DNA from: a virus
IMG/VR virus record: IMGVR_UViG_3300028029_000006
Location: 1-64,000 of that record
Reading direction: 5' to 3' (one strand)
DNA length: 64,000 bases
In this document: positions 38,776-47,911 of the stretch, one piece after another
Layout of the letters: each line of letters opens with the position of its first letter
How positions within the stretch are numbered: the stretch's first letter is position 1
Program-made: the position numbers and the translations under genes
The notes under the pieces: model-generated
What the model was told of the DNA's origin: nothing
The model's input: only the letters and a program-made list of their open reading frames with translations
Database searches by the model: none

Positions 38776-38809
38776 AAATAGGGCCGCTGGAATTCCAGCG
38801 GCCTTATTT
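38776..38809. terminator. Bidirectional terminator after MCP
   Basis: aaatagggccgctgg-aatt-ccagcggccttattt between convergent genes. Confidence 0.85.
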
Positions 38810-39855
38810 TATTTGTCCGAATAACGCTTTGAATATCCTTGTATATTATTTTTAATTAGACATTGTGTCTCATCTATTTGATTAAGCAACTTTAAATATA
38901 TTGAATGTTTACGATCCATAAATATATTGGCATCACTGTAAAGCCATTTCATAATTTTTTCTACTTGCCTATTACCAGCCGATGTAACATCAAATACTAC
39001 AGAGTGTTGTGTACTTAAATAAATACCCATGTTTACATTTACATTATCTATAATCACTTTTCTAACTTCTTCTGCAAATTGTTTAATAGAAGTAATTTTA
39101 AAATATGAACTGGCACCTTTTTTAGTGTTAACATAAATACTACCATCGCCATCAAAATAACCTCTTATGAAGTGCTTTTGTAATTCTGAATCTAACCATG
39201 TTGGGAAGGTAATTTTAAATGTCTTAGCTGGCATACAACCTTGCTTCTCTAAAATTGAACAAATGTGTTTACTGTTTATATTCAAATAACAGCTGTAGTA
39301 GTTTTTAAGACCATTTCCTAAATCTCTTTTTCGAGTGCATGATTTTACATGAATTTCGGGATTTTCTTTATAAATCAGTTTGGCAAATTTATGTAAAATA
39401 TCATTATCTTGTTTTTGCAATTCAATTCGCACAAAATTCCCAGATTTAACATTGCCACCATCAGCGTAAAGAAAACCTAAAAAATAAGCTTTTTCTTCTG
39501 TGTTTATCACATCAAAAAAATCTTCATTAATTGGATATTTCCTATGACATTCAGATGAATTACGTATTTCAATATTGTTTCTTTTTAAATATCTAAGAAT
39601 AATCGTATTACTTACATTGTAAGTATTTGCAATTTGTGAGGCAGATTGTCCATCGGAATAAAGTTGACACATATCCTTTATATCTTTATGTAAAAGTTTA
39701 CAAATTTTAGTTCTAATTTTAATATCTTCACTTTTTAATAGTTTAAGTATATATGTTGAAGATCGACTAAATCTCTTAGCTATCTTGGTTGAACCTATGC
39801 CGTTTATATATAGTTTTTTAATATCTTTTTTTTCTTCATCTGTTAATTTCGCCAT
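38809..39855 (-). CDS. LAGLIDADG endonuclease with two N-terminal HTH repeats
   Basis: EKAYFLGFLYADG and HFIRGYFDGDG. Confidence 0.85.
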   Translation of the reverse strand: MAKLTDEEKKDIKKLYINGIGSTKIAKRFSRSSTYILKLLKSEDIKIRTKICKLLHKDIKDMCQLYSDGQSASQIANTYNVSNTIILRYLKRNNIEIRNSSECHRKYPINEDFFDVINTEEKAYFLGFLYADGGNVKSGNFVRIELQKQDNDILHKFAKLIYKENPEIHVKSCTRKRDLGNGLKNYYSCYLNINSKHICSILEKQGCMPAKTFKITFPTWLDSELQKHFIRGYFDGDGSIYVNTKKGASSYFKITSIKQFAEEVRKVIIDNVNVNMGIYLSTQHSVVFDVTSAGNRQVEKIMKWLYSDANIFMDRKHSIYLKLLNQIDETQCLIKNNIQGYSKRYSDK

Positions 39856-39911
39856 TTTAAGCCTTTTTTTTAAGGGGTGCTAGTTAGTCTCTGATGGTTA
39901 TATAAACAACT

Positions 39912-40880
39912 ATGGCACATTTGACTTCACCTCAAATAGATGAAATTATTGAATTATATTTATCTGGAAAATCTCCAAAAGAGATTGGTAATTTGTTTGG
40001 AATTTATAATTCCAGTGTTAGCAGAATAATTCGACGAAATAATATACCATGCAATCAACAAAACAGAATAACAGATGAACAATTATTTTATATTTGTGAA
40101 AATTATGTATTAGGTAATAGCTCTGAGAAAATAGCTAAGGAATTAAATATTAATCCTAGTACAGTTTGTAGGATTTTAAAAAGAAACAATATTAAAATTA
40201 GGGACAACTCAGAAAATAAAAGAAAATACTGGTTGAATAAACATTGGTTAGATGATATTGATTCACAAGAGAAAGCTTATTTCTTGGGGATATTTTGGGC
40301 TGATGGGAGTGTTAGTAAATCTAAAAATGACATTTCTTTACGTCTACACACCAAAGATAGAGACGTATTGACGAAAATATCTCACTTTTTCTATGGAAAA
40401 GATCGTGTTAGTGATTATATTGAAGACACCAACAAGGTCAGCACACCTGTGTCAAGGATATCCTTGTATTCAGAATATTTAAAAAACAGGATGAAATGTT
40501 TAGGAATTAAGCCTAACAAGTCTAAACAGATTAAATTTCCGACTAAAAAAGCAATTAAAAGCAGTTTATTATCTCATTTCATTCGAGGCTTGTTGGATGG
40601 TGATGGTTGTATATGTATAAGGCGAAATGGCAGAGCTACTGTTGACTTCACTGGAAATACATATGTGATTAACGCTTTGAATTATAAATTATTGAAGCTT
40701 GATTTTAATAATAGAGTTTATTATAGTGAAATTAAAGATTCGTGGTCATTACAAATTAATAGTGATAGTAATATTATTAATTTTTTAGATTGGATTTATA
40801 AGGATAGTACAATTCATTTGGAAAGGAAATATGCAAAATATAGAGAAATCAAAAATAGATCAGATCAAACAAATGACTGA
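39912..40880 (+). CDS. LAGLIDADG endonuclease with two N-terminal HTH repeats
   Basis: EKAYFLGIFWADG and HFIRGLLDGDG. Confidence 0.85.
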   Translation: MAHLTSPQIDEIIELYLSGKSPKEIGNLFGIYNSSVSRIIRRNNIPCNQQNRITDEQLFYICENYVLGNSSEKIAKELNINPSTVCRILKRNNIKIRDNSENKRKYWLNKHWLDDIDSQEKAYFLGIFWADGSVSKSKNDISLRLHTKDRDVLTKISHFFYGKDRVSDYIEDTNKVSTPVSRISLYSEYLKNRMKCLGIKPNKSKQIKFPTKKAIKSSLLSHFIRGLLDGDGCICIRRNGRATVDFTGNTYVINALNYKLLKLDFNNRVYYSEIKDSWSLQINSDSNIINFLDWIYKDSTIHLERKYAKYREIKNRSDQTND

Positions 40881-42453
40881 AGAAGGGTATTCTGCGAGAA
40901 AAATTGCGAGAAATCTAGATATTAAGTTCACAAAAGTTAAGGAAATTGTTAAAAGCAACGAATTTTCAATTAAAAAAGAGTTATTTGATTATGATTTAAT
41001 TGATAGTATAATTAGATTATATGAATTAGGTGTTTCTGCTAAGAATTTGGGTATTAAATTTTCTATTGATAAGAGAAGAGTGCAGCGTTGGGCTAAAGAG
41101 AAGGGTCTTTTAAGAGAGAGAGGTGGTGATAATCGATTAAAACATCAAATTAAAGTTAAACCTATCACAGCTAAGAAAATTATTGAGTCTATTATTGTCC
41201 CTAAAAAGGTAGAGAAGGTTAGGGTGGAGAAAAAGATTTCTGTTTTAAAGCCTTGTTTGAGCGAGAACCCTAATTTAAGACCTGAAAAGAAAAAATGGGT
41301 TGGAGAGATTAATTTTCCAAAGACTAATAATATAAGTAATGATCATGACACATTAATTTATAATGATCATTTAATTTGGAAAGGCAATAAATTAACGGAT
41401 AAATTTTTAAGAACTGTTGATGAGGAAGCTAGAGATGAGATTGGTAAAGATATTTTTAATTTCTATCTTAAGTATGATTTTGGTAATTTCAGAGTTCCTG
41501 AGGATAGAATTAAGAGAAGCATGTTATCTTTGAAAGCATATAAACCTAAAAGTGAAATTATTGATGATATTGTTTATTTATCTAATTCTGGGACTACAGG
41601 TTATGATGTATATAAAGGTTTTTTTCCAAATATAATTAAGATTAAAGGAGTTGGTCGTCCATCTGTATATGATGTTGTTACTAATAGAGAGAAGTTATGG
41701 GCAACTATAAGGAATAGGTTGGGAAATACTTTATTATGGAATCCTGGTGGGGGAACGCCTGTACAGTTCCCAATGAATCAAACATTGTCTCAATTATTAA
41801 TTGGGGCTAAGAATTCTGGTTTGGCTAGTATGGGTTCTATTTTTAAGCCGACTGTAGCTAAGGCTATTTATCAGCAGTGGGCTGGAAATGATTTTAATGT
41901 ATTGGATTATTCATGTGGTTTTGGTACTAGATTGTTGGGTTTAATGGGTTGTGGTTTTGATAATGTTAAGTATTTTGGATATGAACCTAATACAGAAACT
42001 TATAATGGTTTAATTAAGATGATTGATTATTTTGATTTTGATGCTAAGATTAAAAAATGCGGTTCTGAGGTGGAGTGTTTTTCTGAGAAGATGGATTTGG
42101 CATTTAGTTCTCCTCCATATTGGACTCAGGAGATTTATAGTGACGAGGCTACTCAGTGTTATAACAAATTTACTGAGTATAAAGATTGGTTGAAGGGTTA
42201 TTGGAGAGCTACTGTTAAGAATATAAACTTTATGTTAAAGGATGATGGTGTGTTTGGGATTAATATTGGCGGACAATCAAATCCTTTAATGCAAAAATTA
42301 GCTGATGATCTTAATAAAATTATTGTTGATGAGGGTTTTGAGTTAACTGATACTTGGTATATGAAAACAAGCAAAAGTCATTTATCTGGTAAGAAAAATA
42401 ATCCTAATAAGAAGATTAAATTGGAAGGGATCTTTTTTTATAAGAAAAGATAA
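40831..42453 (+). CDS. Amino-(N4C/N6A) DNA methyltransferase fused to N-terminal HTH repeats
   Basis: Motif I VLDYSCGFG, motif IV FSSPPY; HTH YSARKIARNL and VSAKNLGIKF. Confidence 0.8.
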   Translation: MQNIEKSKIDQIKQMTEEGYSARKIARNLDIKFTKVKEIVKSNEFSIKKELFDYDLIDSIIRLYELGVSAKNLGIKFSIDKRRVQRWAKEKGLLRERGGDNRLKHQIKVKPITAKKIIESIIVPKKVEKVRVEKKISVLKPCLSENPNLRPEKKKWVGEINFPKTNNISNDHDTLIYNDHLIWKGNKLTDKFLRTVDEEARDEIGKDIFNFYLKYDFGNFRVPEDRIKRSMLSLKAYKPKSEIIDDIVYLSNSGTTGYDVYKGFFPNIIKIKGVGRPSVYDVVTNREKLWATIRNRLGNTLLWNPGGGTPVQFPMNQTLSQLLIGAKNSGLASMGSIFKPTVAKAIYQQWAGNDFNVLDYSCGFGTRLLGLMGCGFDNVKYFGYEPNTETYNGLIKMIDYFDFDAKIKKCGSEVECFSEKMDLAFSSPPYWTQEIYSDEATQCYNKFTEYKDWLKGYWRATVKNINFMLKDDGVFGINIGGQSNPLMQKLADDLNKIIVDEGFELTDTWYMKTSKSHLSGKKNNPNKKIKLEGIFFYKKR

Positions 42454-42459
42454 TTAAAA

Positions 42460-45400
42460 ATGAAAGAATTAATAATAAAATTAGCTGAAAAGTATAGTGC
42501 CAATGGATCTTTTGTGAGTTTTGAACATGATGGTAAATTGAGCGAAGAATCCCAAAAAAAATTTAAAGATAATATAGATTGGGCTTACATTTCTCAATTT
42601 GAAGTGTTATCTGAAGATTTCATTAGAGAATTTAAAGATAAAGTAAATTGGATGTATGTATCTTTTTATCAAGATTTATCAGAGAATTTTATTAGAGAAT
42701 TTCAAGATAAAGTAGATTGGGTTAAAATATCTTCTTACCAAAAGTTATCAGAAGAGTTTATTAAAGAGTTTAAAGATAAAGTAGATTGGTTTTCTATATC
42801 TTATAATCAAAATTTATCTAAAAAGTTTAAAAAAGAATTCCAACATAAATTAAATCCAGAATCAAAAAAAGAAGTTATGAAAAATTCATTAAAAGAAGAA
42901 ATTAAGAAAATTGCCAAATTAAGTGATTGTTCAGGGATGGTATTTAATGATAATGGTAAATTAACTGAAAAATCAAGGAAAAAATTTAAAGATAAAGTAA
43001 ATTGGATGTATGTATCTTTTTATCAAGATTTATCAGAGAATTTTATTAGAGAATTTCAAGATAATGTAGATTGGTTTTGGTTATCTTGTGGTAATAATCC
43101 TGAAGATTTTATTCGAGAATTCAGCCATAAAGTAGATTGGAAATCTATATCTTCTAATCAGAATTTACCTGAAGAGTTTATTCGAGAATTCAGCCATAAA
43201 GTAGATTGGGTTTGGATATCTAGACGTCCGAATTTATCTAAAGAATTCGAAAAAGAGTTTCAATATAAATTAAATGAAGCTATGAAAGATTCATTAAAAG
43301 AAGAATTTGAGGATAATATAAATTGGTTAAAGGTATCTGAATCTCAAAAGTTATCTGAAAATTTTATTAGAGAGTTTCAAGATAAAGTAGATTGGGGTTA
43401 TATATCTTGTTATCAAGATTTATCTGAAAATTTTATTAGAGAGTTTCAAGATAAAGTAGTTTGGTTAAATATATCTAAATCTCAAAAATTATCTAAAGAT
43501 TTCAAAAAAGAATTCCAACATAAATTAAATCCAGAATCAAAAAAAGAAGTTATGAAAGATTCATTAAAAAAAGAAATTATATATCTTGCTCGTTTAAATA
43601 ATTGTTTAGATATGACGTTTGATGAAGATACTGGTAAGCTAACAACAAAATCAAAAGAAGAATTTAAAGAGAGAGTATTTTTAACTTGTCACCATGAAGA
43701 ATTATCTGAAGATTTCATTATAGAGTTTCAAAATGAAATAGGTTGGACATCTATATCTATTTATCAAAATTTATCAGAGAATTTCATGAGAGAATTTCAG
43801 CATGAATTAAATTGGGTTAATATATCTAGATGTCAAAAGTTATCTGAAGATTTTATTAGAAATTTTCAACATAAAGTAGATTGGTTTTGTATATCTAAAT
43901 ATCAGGTATTATCTGAAGATTTTATTAGAGAATTTCAAGGTAGAGTTAATTGGCCTGAAATATCTTGTAACCAAGTATTATCAGAAGATTTCAAGGAAGA
44001 ATTTAAACATAAATTGAATCAAACAAGAATAAATGAAATTGATTTTTTTAAAAACCTCCATAACGAGACAAATTCGGAATCGCTATCTACAGAATTTTTT
44101 ATAGAACTACAACATAAACTAGATATAGATAAATTAAATTCAGGCTTAAAAAAAGAAATTAAGAAAATTGCCAAATTAAATAATTGTTCAGAGATGATGT
44201 TTAATTGTTATAATGGTGAATTAACTAAAAAATCAAGAGAAGAGTTTATAAATAAAGTAGATTGGATAGCTATATCTACTCAAAAACTATCAGAAGATTT
44301 CATTAAAGAATTTCAAGATGAAGTAGATTGGCGTAATATATCTAATAATCAAAAACTATCAGAAGGTTTTATAAGAGAATTCAAAGATAAAGTGTGGTGG
44401 TATGAAATATCCATTAATCAAAAACTATCAGAAGGTTTTATAAGAGAATTCAAAGATAAAGTGTGGTGGTATGAAATATCCATATATCAAAAGTTATCTG
44501 AAGAGTTTACTAAAGAATTTAAAGATAAAGTAGTTTGGTTAAATATATCTCATAAGCAAAATTTATCTGAAGATTTTATTAAAGAATTTCAAAATAAAGT
44601 AAATTGGATTAATATTTCTTATCACCAAAACTTATCAGAAGGTTTTATTAAAGAATTTAAAGATGAAGTAGATTGGGATGGTATATCTAATAATCAAAAA
44701 CTATCCGAAGATTTCATTAGAGAATTTCAAAATAAAGTAAATTGGTTTTCTATATCTTATAATCAAAATTTATCTAAAAAGTTTAAAAAAGAATTCCAAC
44801 ATAAATTAAATCCAGAATCAAAAAAAGAAGTTACGAAAGATTCATTAAAAGAAGAAATTAAGAAAATTGCCAAATTAAGTTATTGTTCAGAGATGGCGTT
44901 TGATTATTATAACGGTAAATTAACTGAAAAATCAAGGAAAAAATTTAAAGATAAAGTAGATTGGTACAATATATCTAGTTGGCAAGACTTATCTGAAGAG
45001 TTTATTAAAGAATTTCAAGATGAGGTATGTTGGGGTGATATATCTTGTTATCAAAAATTATCAGAAGGTTTTATTAGAGAATTTCAAGATGAGGTATGTT
45101 GGGGTGATATATCTTGTTATCAAAAATTATCAGAAGGTTTTATTAGAGAATTTCAAGATAAAGTAGATTGGGTTAACATATCTCATAAGCAAATTTTGTC
45201 TGAAGATTTTATTAGAGAGTTTCAAGATAAAGTATGTTGGCACTACATATCTTTAAGTCAGGTATTATCAGAAAAGTTTAAAGAAGAGTTTCAGCATAAA
45301 TTAGATCCAACAAAGAAAAAAACAAAAATAGATCTAGTAAAACAATCTGGAAATAAAATTAAAGATTCAATCAAACATGGAATTGCAGTTGGAGCTGCTA

Positions 45401-45792
45401 CAGAAGCGATTAATTATGTGTTTAATTTAATATCAAAACAACTTGGGTTATCAGAAGAAGCTTTAAATAATCCAGTTAAACGAGAATTAGTTATGGGGTT
45501 AAGTTTAGCTGCACTTCATATAGGATCTACCGTTTTCCAAGATCAAATTCCTGGAATGGATAAGGTTCAAACTGGATGCGAATTAGTCATTGAAGGTAAA
45601 AGCAAAGATAATTTTTCAGCAATGGTGAAACATCTTGCACCTGTTTTAATTAAATCTTCAAATTTAATGGATCCTAAGCAATACCTTTCCAATTCCATTA
45701 AAGAAAACAGTTTAATTGAAAAAGAACTATCTTCAAAAGAAGAAATTGAAGAAATTGAAATTACATATGATTTAGAAAGAGAAACAATATGA
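42460..45792 (+). CDS. Tryptophan-repeat (23-aa) multi-module solenoid protein
   Basis: About 28 repeats of LSEDFIREFQDKVDWxxISxxQx in six capped blocks; unique C-terminal domain. Confidence 0.85.
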   Translation: MKELIIKLAEKYSANGSFVSFEHDGKLSEESQKKFKDNIDWAYISQFEVLSEDFIREFKDKVNWMYVSFYQDLSENFIREFQDKVDWVKISSYQKLSEEFIKEFKDKVDWFSISYNQNLSKKFKKEFQHKLNPESKKEVMKNSLKEEIKKIAKLSDCSGMVFNDNGKLTEKSRKKFKDKVNWMYVSFYQDLSENFIREFQDNVDWFWLSCGNNPEDFIREFSHKVDWKSISSNQNLPEEFIREFSHKVDWVWISRRPNLSKEFEKEFQYKLNEAMKDSLKEEFEDNINWLKVSESQKLSENFIREFQDKVDWGYISCYQDLSENFIREFQDKVVWLNISKSQKLSKDFKKEFQHKLNPESKKEVMKDSLKKEIIYLARLNNCLDMTFDEDTGKLTTKSKEEFKERVFLTCHHEELSEDFIIEFQNEIGWTSISIYQNLSENFMREFQHELNWVNISRCQKLSEDFIRNFQHKVDWFCISKYQVLSEDFIREFQGRVNWPEISCNQVLSEDFKEEFKHKLNQTRINEIDFFKNLHNETNSESLSTEFFIELQHKLDIDKLNSGLKKEIKKIAKLNNCSEMMFNCYNGELTKKSREEFINKVDWIAISTQKLSEDFIKEFQDEVDWRNISNNQKLSEGFIREFKDKVWWYEISINQKLSEGFIREFKDKVWWYEISIYQKLSEEFTKEFKDKVVWLNISHKQNLSEDFIKEFQNKVNWINISYHQNLSEGFIKEFKDEVDWDGISNNQKLSEDFIREFQNKVNWFSISYNQNLSKKFKKEFQHKLNPESKKEVTKDSLKEEIKKIAKLSYCSEMAFDYYNGKLTEKSRKKFKDKVDWYNISSWQDLSEEFIKEFQDEVCWGDISCYQKLSEGFIREFQDEVCWGDISCYQKLSEGFIREFQDKVDWVNISHKQILSEDFIREFQDKVCWHYISLSQVLSEKFKEEFQHKLDPTKKKTKIDLVKQSGNKIKDSIKHGIAVGAATEAINYVFNLISKQLGLSEEALNNPVKRELVMGLSLAALHIGSTVFQDQIPGMDKVQTGCELVIEGKSKDNFSAMVKHLAPVLIKSSNLMDPKQYLSNSIKENSLIEKELSSKEEIEEIEITYDLERETI

Positions 45793-46421
45793 AAACAAAT
45801 GATATTTATTGTGGTGATGCTTTAGATTTACTAGAAACAATGGATAATAATCCAAATCTCATTATTATGAGTCCTCCAGATATAGCAGAGACAAGTTATT
45901 CACTACCAGAATATAAAAATTTCCTTAAAAAGGTATATGGTTTAGCTGTTAGTAAACTAAGTAAGAATGGTGTTATTGCATCTATTACTACAGATAGAAA
46001 AATGAAAGGAAAAATATATACCAAACATGTGGATATTATTAATTTTACAGATTTAAATCTTTTTAATTACAAAATTTGGGCAAAATCACTTAAAACAAAT
46101 CTTTATATTCTTAATTATTGTCATATGTTGTTTTTCAGGAATAAAAAGTGTACAAATAATAAAGTTAAAGAATATTATCCAGATGTTTGGTTGATTGAAT
46201 TAGATAAATTGCCTTGGTATCCTAGCAAAGATAGTTTTCCTAGTGAATTAATTGAAAGAATAATTCTTAATTTCACAAATCCAGGAGATTTAGTATTAGA
46301 TCCATTCATTGGATCTGGAAAAACAGCTAATATGTGTATTAAAAATGATAGAGAATTCCTTGGATTTGATTTAGATCCGAAAATGATTGAATTAACAAAG
46401 AAACATTTAAACATTTCTTAA
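45789..46421 (+). CDS. Beta-class N4/N6 methyltransferase-like protein with atypical SPPD
   Basis: CGDAL..IIMSPPD..FPSELIERII..GDLVLDPFIGSG. Confidence 0.8.
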   Translation: MKTNDIYCGDALDLLETMDNNPNLIIMSPPDIAETSYSLPEYKNFLKKVYGLAVSKLSKNGVIASITTDRKMKGKIYTKHVDIINFTDLNLFNYKIWAKSLKTNLYILNYCHMLFFRNKKCTNNKVKEYYPDVWLIELDKLPWYPSKDSFPSELIERIILNFTNPGDLVLDPFIGSGKTANMCIKNDREFLGFDLDPKMIELTKKHLNIS

Positions 46422-46428
46422 GGTGAAT

Positions 46429-47034
46429 ATGAATAAAATAACAAAATATTACACTTATCTAAAAATGAAATTTGGAATTGAGGTAAAATTATCAGAAGAG
46501 TTTATTAGAGAGTTTAAGGATGAAGTAGATTGGTTTTATATATCTAGTAAACAAAAATTATCTGAGAGTTTCATTAGAGAATTTCAAGATGAGGTATGTT
46601 GGGTTGAAGTATATGTTAATCAAGTGTTATCTGAGGATTTTATTAGAGAATTTCAAGATAAAGTAAATTGGAGGTATATATCTCAATTTCAAAAATTATC
46701 CGAAGATTTCATTAAAGAATTTCAAAATAAAGTACATTGAGATTACATATCTGCTTATAAAGAATTATCAGAAGATTTCATTAGAGAATTTAAAAATAAA
46801 ATAGATTGGCACCAAATATTTATTTTTCAAAAATTATCAGAAGATTTTTTAATAGAATTTAAAAATAGGGCAGATTGTATAGATTGGGCTAAAATATCTT
46901 GTTATCAAACATTATCTGAAGAGTTTATTAGAGAGTTTAAAGATAAAGTAGATTGGTATAATATATCTAAATGTCAAGATTTATCTGATAAATTCTTAAA
47001 ACAAATGTATTATAAATATAAAAAATTAAAATAA
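46429..47034 (+). pseudogene. Second Trp-repeat gene interrupted by in-frame TGA (46738-46740)
   Basis: Repeats continue in frame after TGA (KVH*DYISAYKELSEDF..) to TAA at 47032-47034. Confidence 0.75.
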
Positions 47035-47098
47035 TTATATTATTTTTATTAAAACTCAACAAAACATTCCAAAGGCAATATTTTAACATATTTTTGAT

Positions 47099-47911
47099 AT
47101 GAGCATCAAAAACAAAACATTGCCTTTGGATGGGTGTGTCAATTTAGTTAATAGCTTAGTAGAAGACTTCGTTAAAACAGCTGATACTGGAGCAGAATTC
47201 CCCTCTAAGAAGGATTATAAAGTTATTTCAAGGGATGAGCCGGCTCTTGTTAAAAGAGCCGCTAGAATGGCTGCTATGAAGTCTTTGCAAATAACCCCAT
47301 TAACAAAACTTGCCTTTGATACTCGAAGAGTTGACCAAAAAACAGAAAGAGTCCCAAGAGCAAACCTGCAACATTGGAATAGATCCCAACAATTTCTTGA
47401 TGATGAAGTTAAAGAAAAAATCAAATCATTCTCAAAATTACTTCCATCACTAGAACAAATTAAAAGTAAATACGGTCATCATCCAGAATATTTCCAAAGC
47501 TACGCCAAAACCCTGTTAGATTCAGTTAAAAGAATAGCAAGAGTTGGCGAAAGTGAAATGGATATATTTAGACCACAAGTTGATTATTTAGAACAATTAT
47601 TATTTACTCGTTATAGATTAAGTCTAGACGAAATAACAAAATCTTCCAAATCCAAAATTTATGACAAACTCATGAAAAAAGATGAAGATCTTGTTAAAAG
47701 AGACGCTTACCTTAAAATGACTGGTGACTCTCAAGAAGAAAATACCAAAAACTCCTCAACTAATTTTGCCAAAGATGGTAACTCTCTAAATGATACAACT
47801 CAAGATAGTATTATTAGCGCCATTTTCGGGAATCAAGATTTAAGAAGAGATGGTGAAAAAAAAGTAGAACGAACTATTACTATTACTATTAAGGATGAGG
47901 TAATTGATTAA
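47099..47911 (+). CDS. Hypothetical virion protein
   Basis: VKTA, KRAA, TKLA motifs. Confidence 0.55.
   Translation: MSIKNKTLPLDGCVNLVNSLVEDFVKTADTGAEFPSKKDYKVISRDEPALVKRAARMAAMKSLQITPLTKLAFDTRRVDQKTERVPRANLQHWNRSQQFLDDEVKEKIKSFSKLLPSLEQIKSKYGHHPEYFQSYAKTLLDSVKRIARVGESEMDIFRPQVDYLEQLLFTRYRLSLDEITKSSKSKIYDKLMKKDEDLVKRDAYLKMTGDSQEENTKNSSTNFAKDGNSLNDTTQDSIISAIFGNQDLRRDGEKKVERTITITIKDEVID

Noticed and set aside
42460-47034. CRISPR array or diversity-generating retroelement
   Set aside because: The 69-bp units are in-frame coding repeats without spacers; variation is not limited to adenines; no reverse transcriptase or cas gene in the window.
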